This document shows, in pieces, positions 19,453 to 28,839 of a stretch of 64,000 nucleotides of DNA (positions within the stretch are counted from its first letter, which is position 1; the number at the start of each line of letters is the position of its first letter). Below the pieces are notes generated by a model. It did no database searches. It was not told where the DNA came from and was given only the letters and a program-made list of their open reading frames with translations. The position numbers and the translations under genes are program-made. The stretch lies in contig CAZDOM010000007.1 of assembly GCA_964507015.1 (NCBI GenBank), forward strand, positions 1,812 through 65,811, read 5' to 3'. The DNA comes from an uncultured Rikenellaceae bacterium (GTDB taxonomy: Bacteria; Bacteroidota; Bacteroidia; Bacteroidales; VadinHA17).

Positions 19453-19855
19453 AATATTCTATTGAGTTGTTTTCCGTTTCTTCAATTTTAATACAATGAA
19501 GCTGTGCGCCCTCATTCTCAATGGGTTGCATCAGCTCATTCCAGATAGCTGTAGCCAGATTTTCTGTTGTGGCAATTTTACCCTTCATGAAATCAACCTC
19601 AAGGTTGATATTCCTGTGGTCAATTTTTGAAATTATCCTCTCCTGAATTATTTTCTTCAGGATATTAGTATTCATCACAAAACCATGATCTTCAGCAGGT
19701 TCTCCTTTAATTGTGACATAGAGGATGTAATTGTGTCCATGCCAGTTCGGGTTTGAACATTTGCCGAATATCTCATAGTTTTTTTCATCTGACCAGTCCT
19801 GCCTGAACATCCTGTGCGCAGCACTGAATCTTTCTCTGCGGGTTAGGTAGATCAT
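19445..19855 (-). CDS. 6-pyruvoyl-tetrahydropterin synthase family protein (PTPS/QueD)
   Basis: RFSAAHR...[14 protein letters not shown] (Cys-x5-HGH, as in animal PTPS) and C-terminal [11 protein letters not shown]. Start moved to the Met of [10 protein letters not shown]. 8-nt overlap with folE. Confidence 0.8.
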   Translation of the reverse strand: MIYLTRRERFSAAHRMFRQDWSDEKNYEIFGKCSNPNWHGHNYILYVTIKGEPAEDHGFVMNTNILKKIIQERIISKIDHRNINLEVDFMKGKIATTENLATAIWNELMQPIENEGAQLHCIKIEETENNSIEYYG

Positions 19856-19919
19856 AATATTACCGGTTTTAATTACAATATTAACCAATAAAATTGAGCT
19901 TTTTAAGAGTTAAAAGCAA

Positions 19920-19927
19920 TATATTTG
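19920..19927 (+). promoter_or_regulatory. Bacteroidota -7 promoter box (TAnnTTTG) upstream of mqnB
   Basis: TATATTTG in the divergent intergenic region, 83 nt upstream of the ATG at 20010. Confidence 0.4.
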
Positions 19928-20009
19928 ATAAGTTGATCTGCCCGGTTTGCGCAATGCTCTACCTGATAATGAATAGAGAACATGCCAAATAACCTGTGAT
20001 AAGACTAAC

Positions 20010-20693
20010 ATGAACATTAATATACCTCGTAAGATACTGGTTGTTGCTGCAACTGAAGCAGAAGGAGAGGCTCTTAAAAAGATCCCCGGCATATTATCAT
20101 ACGAAAATGATTATCATCTGGGGAATTCTATTATCACTTTGCTTGTTACAGGTATAGGGCAGGCGGCAACAGCATGGTCACTAACAAAATGGCTCTCCTG
20201 TAATGAGAAACCAGACCTTGCAATAAATATAGGGATTGCAGGAAGCTATAATGATAATTTGAAAATCGGGGAAGTAGTGGCTCCTGTTTCGGATTGTTTT
20301 GCAGATTCCGGAGTCGAAACAGAGGGAAAAATAATTACACTTGCAGAAGCCGGTATTGAGAATCCTCCATTCAGGGAGGGGAAAATTTTTGCTGAAAATG
20401 AATATATGCAGGCAGTATTGAAAGTATTAATGCAGGTATCAGCAATTACTGTGAATATGGTTACAGGTTCGAAAGTGACCATTGAGAGAATGAAAGAGAG
20501 GTTTAAACCTGATATCGAGACCATGGAGGGTGCTACTTTTTTTTATATTTGTAGCAGGGAGAATACCCCTTTTATTGCATTGAGGGCCATTTCCAATAAA
20601 GTTGAACCGCGGAATAAGGATAATTGGGATATATCTCTTGCAATTAATAACCTTTCCGGCAGATTAGAAGAGATTTTATTATTGTTTGATTGA
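20010..20693 (+). CDS. mqnB: Futalosine hydrolase (PNP/UDP-type nucleosidase)
   Basis: 227 aa nucleosidase fold (ILVVAATEAEGEAL, GIAGSY, METMEGATFFY), directly upstream of mqnD. Confidence 0.7.
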   Translation: MNINIPRKILVVAATEAEGEALKKIPGILSYENDYHLGNSIITLLVTGIGQAATAWSLTKWLSCNEKPDLAINIGIAGSYNDNLKIGEVVAPVSDCFADSGVETEGKIITLAEAGIENPPFREGKIFAENEYMQAVLKVLMQVSAITVNMVTGSKVTIERMKERFKPDIETMEGATFFYICSRENTPFIALRAISNKVEPRNKDNWDISLAINNLSGRLEEILLLFD

Positions 20694-20697
20694 TATT

Positions 20698-21528
20698 ATG
20701 AAGCTTACACTAGGTTTCTCACCATGCCCGAATGATACTTTCATTTTTGATGCGTTGGTTCACAGGCGTATTGATACTGAGGGCATGGAATTCGATTATA
20801 TTATTGCCGATGTGGAAGAATTAAATCAGAGAGCCCTGTCCTTTACCATTGACATTACAAAGATAAGTATCCACGCATATGCTTTCGCTGCTCAAAACTA
20901 TCTTATACTTGATTCCGGAAGTGCACTGGGTTACGGGAATGGCCCCCTTTTGATAAGCAAACGGAAAATAGATACTGATGAACTGATTAATTCCAGAATT
21001 GCTATTCCGGGAAAATTCACTACGGCCAACCTCCTTTTCAGTATAGCATGGCCCGAGGCTGTTAATAAAAGAGAATACCTGTTCTCCGATATTGAAGAGG
21101 TCCTTCTCAGGGAAGAAGCTGATGCCGGACTTATCATCCATGAAACCCGTTTTACATATCAAAAGAAAGGACTTCTGAAAATTGCCGATCTTGGTGAACA
21201 CTGGGAAAAACTTACCAGTCTGCCTGTGCCCCTGGGTACAATCGTTATAAAAAGAAATATACCTTCCGAAACTGGTTTAAAGGTTAACCGTATTATAAGG
21301 CGAAGCCTTGAACATGCTTATGATAATCCGGAAGCATCTGTTGATTTTATTATGTCAAATGCACATGATCTGGATAAAAAGGTGGTTGATAGTCATATCA
21401 GGCTTTACGTCAATAATTACACACTAGACCTTGGTAAAGGTGGAAAAGAAGCCATTAGTAATCTGTTCAGGATTGCCAGGGAAAAAACAGTAATTCCGGA
21501 GATCCCGGGGAAAATCTTTGTCACATAG
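20698..21528 (+). CDS. mqnD: 1,4-dihydroxy-6-naphthoate synthase (futalosine pathway)
   Basis: N-terminal MKLTLGFSPCPNDTFIFDAL signature. ATG at 20698 preferred over the TTG at 20686. Confidence 0.75.
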   Translation: MKLTLGFSPCPNDTFIFDALVHRRIDTEGMEFDYIIADVEELNQRALSFTIDITKISIHAYAFAAQNYLILDSGSALGYGNGPLLISKRKIDTDELINSRIAIPGKFTTANLLFSIAWPEAVNKREYLFSDIEEVLLREEADAGLIIHETRFTYQKKGLLKIADLGEHWEKLTSLPVPLGTIVIKRNIPSETGLKVNRIIRRSLEHAYDNPEASVDFIMSNAHDLDKKVVDSHIRLYVNNYTLDLGKGGKEAISNLFRIAREKTVIPEIPGKIFVT

Positions 21529-21569
21529 ATAAATTAATTATTGGTCAGTTATATTAAAAATAGATAAGT

Positions 21570-23144
21570 ATGAAAAATAAGTTATTCCATGTACTGATTT
21601 TATTGGTAATTTCCCAGGGGGTTATTGCTCAGAATGATAAAGTCACTGATCGTATCATTGAAATCGGTAAGACCGATAATCGTACGATGCATCATCTGGA
21701 TGTTATATGTAACCGTTTTGGAGGCCGGCTGGTCGGTTCTGATGCTTTTGAAAATGCGGCATTATGGTGTGCCTCTGAGTTTAAGAAGTGGGGTATGGAG
21801 GTTATCATGGATGAGGCTGGTATGGTGCCTGTAGGATTTAACCGCGGCCCGTGGTTTGGAAGGCTGCTTTCAGATAACGGAATGAGCCTTCATTTTGCAA
21901 CACCCTCATATACAGCAGGTACAAAAGGAGTACAGCGAGGACATGTGCTCATTGAACCAAAAACCCGGGAAGAATTTGAAAGAATGAAAGGTGCCCTTAA
22001 AGGCGCATGGGTACTGATAGAAGGTAAAAACAACGGATGGCCTATAGACTTTTCTGCTGCAGGTGATTCTGTCAGGGCAGCGACAATTGCATACAATGAT
22101 TCGATTTTAAAGGAGTACAGGGAGGAGATGAGGAAAAAGTACGGGAACATGCCCATAGCACCTCCTGGTGTGGAGCCTCCGGCTACAAAAGAGGAACCTG
22201 CCCTTTTTTATCGTGAAATGTGTGAAGCGGGGATACTTGGCGTGATACAGTCAGCAGAGGTACCAATAAGAGTACTTTACGACAGAAAAAATATTGACAG
22301 GATGACATTTGATAACCTGCCGACAGTTTGTGATATAAAACTCGATGAAAGCCAGTATGAAATTATCGAAACTATGGTAAAGGAACACCGCTATTTTCTT
22401 CTTGAGTTTGATATTCGTAACCATTTTAAACCCGGTCCTATACCATATCATAATGTTATTGGGGTTATACGTGGTACAAAGTATCCAAATGAATATGTTA
22501 TTATGGGAGGGCACCTTGATGCATTTGATGTTGCTACCGGAGGTGTTGATGACGGATCAGGAGCTACCCCTGTCATGGAGGCTGCACGACTTATGCTGGC
22601 TGCAGGAGCAAAACCAAAACGAACGGTCCTTGTATGCCTGTGGGCTGCAGAAGAATTTGGTCTCTATGGCTCAAAACACTGGGTGGAATCAAATATGGAT
22701 AAGCTGCCTAAAATATCAAATTATTTCAACCGCGATGGTGGTCCGCTGGTAATATCAGGGCTGACAGTCCCTGAAGCGATGTATGATGATTTTGAAAAGA
22801 TATGCAAACCATTGAATGATATTAATCCGGATTTTCCATTTAAACTGAACAAGAGAACACAACCGGCACGCCCCAGGCCAACAACAGCAAGAGGGTCAGA
22901 TCATGCATATTTTGCAATGAATGGGGTGCCGACTCTTTCATTTGAAACAACTGATCCCAAAGGGTATAATTTCAACTATGGTGAGATATGGCATACTGAA
23001 AACGACCTTTATACAAAAAGTATCCCTGAATATCAGGAACATAGTTCTGTAGTAATGGCTGTTGTCATAAACGGACTGGCTAATCTTGACCACATTCTTT
23101 CAAGAGAAGGACTTTATGCAGAAAAGACTGAAGAAGATGAATAA
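21570..23144 (+). CDS. M28-family zinc aminopeptidase, secreted
   Basis: Signal peptide; metal-ligand blocks GGHLDAFDVATGGVDDGSGA and LWAAEEFGLYGSKHW; late H in GEIWHTENDL. Confidence 0.8.
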   Translation: MKNKLFHVLILLVISQGVIAQNDKVTDRIIEIGKTDNRTMHHLDVICNRFGGRLVGSDAFENAALWCASEFKKWGMEVIMDEAGMVPVGFNRGPWFGRLLSDNGMSLHFATPSYTAGTKGVQRGHVLIEPKTREEFERMKGALKGAWVLIEGKNNGWPIDFSAAGDSVRAATIAYNDSILKEYREEMRKKYGNMPIAPPGVEPPATKEEPALFYREMCEAGILGVIQSAEVPIRVLYDRKNIDRMTFDNLPTVCDIKLDESQYEIIETMVKEHRYFLLEFDIRNHFKPGPIPYHNVIGVIRGTKYPNEYVIMGGHLDAFDVATGGVDDGSGATPVMEAARLMLAAGAKPKRTVLVCLWAAEEFGLYGSKHWVESNMDKLPKISNYFNRDGGPLVISGLTVPEAMYDDFEKICKPLNDINPDFPFKLNKRTQPARPRPTTARGSDHAYFAMNGVPTLSFETTDPKGYNFNYGEIWHTENDLYTKSIPEYQEHSSVVMAVVINGLANLDHILSREGLYAEKTEEDE

Positions 23145-23165
23145 CAGACTGATAAATAGAATATC

Positions 23166-23738
23166 ATGAAATTATATGAACTGGTATTTAAAACACGCTC
23201 CTATCGTAGGTTTGATGAGTCTCATAAGATTGATTACAAAGTACTTGAGGAACTTGTAGATCTGGCAAGGCTTTCTGCATCTGCATCCAACAGGCAGCCA
23301 CTCAAATATATGATCTGCAACTTGCCGGTGGATAATGAGAAGATCTTCCCGACAATTGCATGGGCCGGTTATCTTAAGGAGTGGAATGGTCCCGAACCCG
23401 GTGAGAGACCTGCAGGTTATATTATTGTCCTGGGTGATAAATCAATTACAGAAGTGTTTGGTGTTGACCCCGGTATTGCGGCACAGACTATTATGCTTGG
23501 AGCAACAGAAGCCGGACTGGGAGGATGCATGATAGCTTCAATAAAACGGGAACAGCTTCGTAATGTAATGAGAATACCGGAAAAGTATGATATACTTTTA
23601 ATTCTTGCACTTGGCAAACCTGTAGAGGATGTTATAATTGATGAAATAAAGGAGGGTGATGTAAAATACTGGAGAGACGATAAAAGAAATCATCATGTTC
23701 CGAAACGTCCACTTGATGAGTTGATTATAAAGTTTTAA
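23166..23738 (+). CDS. Nitroreductase-family protein
   Basis: 190 aa; TRSYRRFDE, ASASNRQP and GLGGCMIAS blocks typical of the FMN nitroreductase fold. Confidence 0.75.
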   Translation: MKLYELVFKTRSYRRFDESHKIDYKVLEELVDLARLSASASNRQPLKYMICNLPVDNEKIFPTIAWAGYLKEWNGPEPGERPAGYIIVLGDKSITEVFGVDPGIAAQTIMLGATEAGLGGCMIASIKREQLRNVMRIPEKYDILLILALGKPVEDVIIDEIKEGDVKYWRDDKRNHHVPKRPLDELIIKF

Positions 23739-23752
23739 CTTAAGGGTATAAA

Positions 23753-24478
23753 ATGATAAGAATCTTATTTATATTGCTTTTTATTCTACTGATAACCAGT
23801 TCATTGTCAGGACAGGTTCTGAGAGATTCAGAACCAGATACAGTGATGCTCTTTCAGGGACTTGTCGTTGATGCAGGAACACTCAATCCTGTCGAAGGAT
23901 CACAAATAATTATAAACAGGGTATTTACTGCTGTTACGGATGATGAGGGTAAATTTGCTTTTTATGTAAAAAGGAACGATACAGTTACATTTAGTATGCT
24001 GGGATATAAATCAGCAATTCTTCATATCGGTGATACATTATCAGGAAAGGAATTTATTGCAGGTGTTTATTTACACACCGATACTCTCGAAATTGCTGAA
24101 GTGGTTATTGTTCCCAGGACCACTAACCTGCGATCAGAGATATTTACTTCACATCCGGAGACAAGCCAGGTTATGGAAAATGCAAAATATAATCTGGAAG
24201 TATCCTCCTACCAGGGAAGGGTAAGCCAGGGTAAGCTTGGAGATCCATCTCTCAATTACGAGGTGCTCAGACAACAGCAGAGAACTGATGCATATACAAA
24301 AGGACAGATACCTCCCGACAGGATCGTCGGATTCAGTCCGCTTATGATAATTCCAGCTGCATACCTGCTTATGAATGGATTACCCGGGAAACCACCTGCT
24401 CTTAAACCACAGCTTACCGAACAGGAAGTGGATGAACTGCACAGGAGATACCTGGAGACAATAAGAAGGAGGGAGTGA
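23753..24478 (+). CDS. Carboxypeptidase-regulatory-like domain protein
   Basis: Signal peptide, then FQGLVVDAGTLNPVEGSQIII...TDDEGKFAFYV...VTFSMLGYKS (CarboxypepD_reg-like pattern). Confidence 0.6.
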   Translation: MIRILFILLFILLITSSLSGQVLRDSEPDTVMLFQGLVVDAGTLNPVEGSQIIINRVFTAVTDDEGKFAFYVKRNDTVTFSMLGYKSAILHIGDTLSGKEFIAGVYLHTDTLEIAEVVIVPRTTNLRSEIFTSHPETSQVMENAKYNLEVSSYQGRVSQGKLGDPSLNYEVLRQQQRTDAYTKGQIPPDRIVGFSPLMIIPAAYLLMNGLPGKPPALKPQLTEQEVDELHRRYLETIRRRE

Positions 24479-24486
24479 AGATCCGC

Positions 24487-24501
24487 TCCCGCTATGCGGG
24501 A
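24487..24501. terminator. Short GC hairpin between convergent genes (possible terminator)
   Basis: TCCCGC-tat-GCGGGA, 9 nt after the TGA of the upstream gene. No T-tail. Confidence 0.3.
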
Positions 24502-24537
24502 TGTCGTTACTTCGTTCCTCCAAATCCACAATCCTGA

Positions 24538-25449
24538 CTATCCCTTATAGAATATCGCCTTAATGATCTGGCTCGCCATTTTGGGATTTTCCTTTATTCT
24601 GCGTGTGCAGTAACCAAACCATTTTACTCCGAATGGAACATATACTCTCATAGCATGACCATCATTAACGATGGAATCGCGAAGATTTGGAGTAACACCA
24701 TAAAGCATCTGGAATTCATAGAGATGTTTTGGAACATTATATTTTTCGATAAGTCTATAAGCTCCGTCTACCAGAGGTTTATCGTGTGTCGCAATGCCCA
24801 CATATATCCTGTTCTTCAGCATGAATTCAAGGTCTTCCAGAAAATGCCGGTTTATCTCATCATATTTCTTATATGCTATGGCTTCAGGTTCAACATAAAT
24901 ACCTTTACAGAGTCTGAAACTCAGGGGTATCTCTTCACTGTTCAGATCAGATAAACCCTTAATATCATCAAGTGTTCTTTTAAGATAAGCCTGAACTACC
25001 AGTCCCACATTAACCGGATATTCAGTTTTAAGTCTTCTGAAGAGTTCTATTTCTAAATCAGTACAGGGTGAGTCTTCCATATCTATCCTGATAAAACCGT
25101 TATATGAGGCTGCTTTTGTTACAATTTCCCTTATATGATTGTAACAAACCTCTTTATCGATCAAAAGTCCAAAACTTGTTGGTTTTACTGAGAAATTGCC
25201 TTTTAATTCATTTTTGTATGATACATCGATCAGGTTAAGATATTCCTGTTTGTTAACTTCTGCCTCATCGAGGTTATTGATGAATTCGCCGAGGACATCC
25301 AGGGTAACAAGTATATTCTTACCGTTAAGTTCCTTTGATACACGCATTGCATCATCAATAGTCTCACCGGAGATATATGAGCGTGAAAAAATCCAGACGA
25401 ATTTTTTTGGGAAATAAGGCAATATTGTGGCTATAAATTTGTTGAACAT
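24538..25449 (-). CDS. Monofunctional proline dehydrogenase
   Basis: 303 aa; LDVLGE, IRIDMEDS, VVQAYLKRT, RLCKGIY, EFQMLYGV, YVPFG..W..YCTRRIKENP blocks as in short PutA-type PRODH. Confidence 0.8.
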   Translation of the reverse strand: MFNKFIATILPYFPKKFVWIFSRSYISGETIDDAMRVSKELNGKNILVTLDVLGEFINNLDEAEVNKQEYLNLIDVSYKNELKGNFSVKPTSFGLLIDKEVCYNHIREIVTKAASYNGFIRIDMEDSPCTDLEIELFRRLKTEYPVNVGLVVQAYLKRTLDDIKGLSDLNSEEIPLSFRLCKGIYVEPEAIAYKKYDEINRHFLEDLEFMLKNRIYVGIATHDKPLVDGAYRLIEKYNVPKHLYEFQMLYGVTPNLRDSIVNDGHAMRVYVPFGVKWFGYCTRRIKENPKMASQIIKAIFYKG

Positions 25450-25635
25450 GATCTGTAATAATTGAATAATTTTGCTTTTTATTGTATGCTAATTAATATG
25501 TTTTAAGTTCGTTTTTTAATGACCTTTGTCATTGATTAAGGTTATATTATCAGGCGAATTTGCTTATTTTGGATTAATTTTTCAGCTTATGCAACCATTT
25601 TTTTTTAACGGTTGTCTTAAAAATGTCCTCTGTAT

Positions 25636-26214
25636 ATGATGAGTGACCAGCAAATAATTGAAGGTTGCGCAAGGAATGAAAGAAAGGCGCAGCAGGAGCT
25701 TTACAACAGGTACTCGCATTTTTTGCTGGGTGTATGTCTGAGGTATGCAACGGATAAATCTGAGGCGGAGGATATATTACAGGATAGTTTTTTAAAGATT
25801 TTTTTCAACATAAAAGATTATTCAGGAACAGGTTCTTTTATAGGATGGCTAAGGAAGATTGCAGTCAATACCGCGATTACTCATTATCATAAGCACCTGA
25901 AATTCAGGTACTATCTTGAAATTGAGGAATATGTATCGGTAGAGTCGGGTGTTTCGAGTTTTGAAGAAGATCTCTTTACATCTGATGAACTGTTCAGGGT
26001 ATTGAATGAATTGCCGGCAGGTTACAGAATGGTTTTTAACCTCTATGCGGTAGAAGGTTATAAACATAAGGAGATAGCCACGATGCTGGGTATCGACACA
26101 AACACATCGAAATCACAGTACAGCCGGGCAAAGGCAGCGATCAGAGAAAAGCTTGAAAAGCTTCGAAAGCTGAAAGGCAACTATCCTGCCGGTAATATAG
26201 GATCAGAAGGTTGA
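25636..26214 (+). CDS. ECF-type RNA polymerase sigma-70 factor
   Basis: Region 2 (AEDILQDSFLKIF, GWLRKIAVNTAITHY) and region 4 (YRMVFNLYAVEGYKHKEIATMLGIDTNTSKSQYSRAKAAI). Confidence 0.88.
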   Translation: MMSDQQIIEGCARNERKAQQELYNRYSHFLLGVCLRYATDKSEAEDILQDSFLKIFFNIKDYSGTGSFIGWLRKIAVNTAITHYHKHLKFRYYLEIEEYVSVESGVSSFEEDLFTSDELFRVLNELPAGYRMVFNLYAVEGYKHKEIATMLGIDTNTSKSQYSRAKAAIREKLEKLRKLKGNYPAGNIGSEG

Positions 26215-26227
26215 AATTAGTAAAAGA

Positions 26228-27553
26228 GTGAAAGACAAAAATGAAGATAAGGCATTAAGGGAATTATTCCGGAATAAACTGGAAAATGCAGAAGTGATTC
26301 CTTCTCCATCAGTAGGTAAGTTCCTTATGAGAAAGCTTACACTGAAGCAATTCCTTCGTTTTAATGCAGCACGGCTTAATATATGGTATGCAGGCGGGAT
26401 AGCTGTTGCAGGAGCCCTTATTGCAATCGTTCTGACTAGTGATCCCGGGAAAAAAGAACAGTTGAAATCTTCACCTTTAGTTACTGAGCAGGAAAGTAAG
26501 GAAGTATTACGTGACACAAAGAACATTGATACCACTACCGGCTTTGAAGAACCAGATACCCGGAATAAGATCATTTCAGAAAAACAGGGAAATTCAGAAT
26601 CACCCCAAAGTACTTTTACAGAGACAGGTAATACAATTCATAAAGATGAGAAACCTGATGCTGTTACCTCTATACAGATACCCGATATTTCTGAAGAGGG
26701 ATTGAATACCAAAAGCGAAACTGAACGTAATAATCTTAAAGGTAAAGTATATCAGTATGATAATTTCATAGCGGCATCAGTCACTGAAGGATGTGCTCCA
26801 TTGAAGGTTATATTCAGGAGTATGATAGCTCCTGATGATTCATGCAGGTGGACATTTGGGGACGGAGGATATTCAACAGAAAGGAATACGGAATGGATAT
26901 TTGATATTGAAGGCGAATATAAGGTCACTCTCGATATATCTGCTGCAGATAGAAAGAAACTGTATTCAGTTATCAATATTGTTGTTCATCCCCGGCCTGT
27001 TGCACGTTTTGAAATTACTCCCGAAGATGCTGTTATTCCAGAGGATGAAATTGTGTTTATGAATTATTCCTCAAATGCTGTGAGATATAAATGGAATTTT
27101 GGAGATGGAACAACTTCAAACCTTTTTGAACCAAGTCATTTCTACAGGAAGTACGGCGAATATAATGTTCAGCTAATTGCCTTTTCAGAACAGGGCTGCT
27201 CAGATTCCCTTACTATTTTTGATGCCTATTCCGGTTCTTCTTACTTTGTAACCTTCCCGAATGCATTTATTCCGAATCCTAACGGTCCTTCCGGCGGCTA
27301 TTATACACCCAGGAGCGATGAAGCTGCTCATGTGTTCCATCCTGTCTATTCAGGTGTGGCAGAATATCAGTTAAGGATATTCAGCAGACTGGGTATACTG
27401 ATCTTTGAAAGTAATGATATAAATATTGGATGGGATGGTTATTATAAAGGAGGAATGACTGATCCCGGTGTCTATATCTGGAAAGTACGCGGAAAATTTA
27501 TTAACGGAGAACCCTTTACCAAAATGGGAGATGTAACCCTCCTCAGGAATTAA
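26228..27553 (+). CDS. Anti-sigma-like N-terminus and single TM segment fused to PKD repeats and a T9SS type-B C-terminal sorting domain
   Basis: Starts 14 nt after the sigma stop. LRELFRNKLENAEVIPSPSV head, TM NIWYAGGIAVAGALIAIVLTS. Two PKD-like repeats (WTFGDGGYS, WNFGDGTTS). C-terminal FPNAFIPNPNG...LRIFSRLGILIFES...GWDGYYKG...GVYIWKV...GDVTLLRN. Confidence 0.75.
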   Translation: MKDKNEDKALRELFRNKLENAEVIPSPSVGKFLMRKLTLKQFLRFNAARLNIWYAGGIAVAGALIAIVLTSDPGKKEQLKSSPLVTEQESKEVLRDTKNIDTTTGFEEPDTRNKIISEKQGNSESPQSTFTETGNTIHKDEKPDAVTSIQIPDISEEGLNTKSETERNNLKGKVYQYDNFIAASVTEGCAPLKVIFRSMIAPDDSCRWTFGDGGYSTERNTEWIFDIEGEYKVTLDISAADRKKLYSVINIVVHPRPVARFEITPEDAVIPEDEIVFMNYSSNAVRYKWNFGDGTTSNLFEPSHFYRKYGEYNVQLIAFSEQGCSDSLTIFDAYSGSSYFVTFPNAFIPNPNGPSGGYYTPRSDEAAHVFHPVYSGVAEYQLRIFSRLGILIFESNDINIGWDGYYKGGMTDPGVYIWKVRGKFINGEPFTKMGDVTLLRN

Positions 27554-27739
27554 TCTTACCTGTCCTGAAGTCTAAACAACCCGGTTTATCATTCATCAAT
27601 AAAAAACCAGCATTCATCTATATTTACACTCTGTTCGTTAAAAATCCTAACGAAACATGACATTTTTGACTGAAAAAATCGTTTAAAAAGGTGAAATGTT
27701 GATGGATTTCATTATTTTCGTCAATATAAAATTACGGGA

Positions 27740-28735
27740 GTGACATTGCTGAAGAGGATTAAATATATATTTATTCTAACTTTTATCCTTGTAGTTGATA
27801 TTTACAGTCAGGATCCTACATTTTCCCAGTTTTATGCAAATCCTCTTTACCTTTCTCCTTCATTTGCGGGGGCAACGGAGGAATACAGGTTTAGTATGAA
27901 CTACAGAAACCAGTGGCCTGCTGTCCCGGGAGTCTTTCATACCTACAGCATCTCGTTCGATAAAGCACTGATAAACTTTAATTCAGGTATTGGTGTACTT
28001 GCAACTTATGACGTTGCAGGTTCCGGAAATTTAAGCACCACCAACATAGGTTTGCTCTATTCTTATGACTTCAACATAAACAGGGAATGGCATGTAAGGC
28101 CGGGAGTGAATTTTAAGTTTTATTACCTGGGTCTCGATATTTATAAGCTTGTGTGGAACAGCCAGTTGAGAGGCAGTGGTACAACACCTTCTATTTCTCC
28201 TCCTCCCTTTGATAATGTTGCTGATGTTGATTTTGCATTCTCAACCCTTGTCTACAATGACAGAATCTGGGCGGGATTTACTCTTGACCATTTACTTGTT
28301 CCAAAGACATCTTTCTATGCAGAGGAGGCAAATGTGCCGATAAAGTTCAATATGTACGGAGGTATGCAGATAATTAAGAAAACAAGGTTGAGAACAAAAA
28401 TCAGGGAGGTCTTATCTGTAGCCATGAACTTTCAAAAACAGGCCAAATTTTACCAGACAGATTTGGGATTATATTATTATAAAGATCCGCTGATATTTGG
28501 ACTTTGGTACAGGGGACTCCCGTTAGTTACATCCCAGGCAGGCGATGCTATTATAGGCCTCGTTGGAATTAAAACAGAACAGCTGCATATTGGATACAGC
28601 TATGATTTTACAATCTCAAACCTGATCGGTTCAACCGGTGGAGCTCATGAGATATCACTTATCTATGAATTTACATCATTTACCATAGGGTCTCAACGGA
28701 AAAAAATTCGTGCAATTCCATGCCCTGAGTTTTAA
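27740..28735 (+). CDS. PorP/SprF-family type IX secretion membrane protein
   Basis: SQDPTFSQFYANPLYLSPSFAG N-terminal signature, then YRNQWP and an HEISLIY-type barrel. GTG start. Confidence 0.85.
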   Translation: MTLLKRIKYIFILTFILVVDIYSQDPTFSQFYANPLYLSPSFAGATEEYRFSMNYRNQWPAVPGVFHTYSISFDKALINFNSGIGVLATYDVAGSGNLSTTNIGLLYSYDFNINREWHVRPGVNFKFYYLGLDIYKLVWNSQLRGSGTTPSISPPPFDNVADVDFAFSTLVYNDRIWAGFTLDHLLVPKTSFYAEEANVPIKFNMYGGMQIIKKTRLRTKIREVLSVAMNFQKQAKFYQTDLGLYYYKDPLIFGLWYRGLPLVTSQAGDAIIGLVGIKTEQLHIGYSYDFTISNLIGSTGGAHEISLIYEFTSFTIGSQRKKIRAIPCPEF

Positions 28736-28839
28736 TAAGAATATTTTTCTCTTTTTTAGTTCCTGACTCATTACAGACCTATTTATATTTATTTTATATT
28801 TGCGCCTGATTCAATTGTTAAACAAATATTTGATTTATA

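Noticed and set aside
24476-24548. TGA stop of the CarboxypepD_reg-like gene, followed 9 nt later by a GC hairpin and a 23-codon in-frame extension. Considered as a possible Sec codon plus SECIS, given selD in the window.
   Set aside because: The hairpin has only a 6-bp stem and a 3-nt loop, unlike bacterial SECIS elements. The extension runs into the convergent proline dehydrogenase gene and has no conserved-looking sequence. The position fits a terminator between convergent genes.
25590-25625. Possible autoregulated ECF promoter (GCAACC...CGGTTGTC) with a T9 run upstream of the sigma gene
   Set aside because: The match to the GGAAC-N16-17-CGTC type consensus is poor and the spacing is ambiguous. 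It cannot be supported without comparative data.
27630-27655. Hairpin TTCGTTA-aaaatcc-TAACGAA between the T9SS cargo gene and porP/sprF. Considered as a small RNA or terminator.
   Set aside because: It has only a 7-bp AT-rich stem, no T-tail and no flanking conservation I can assess. It is too weak to call.
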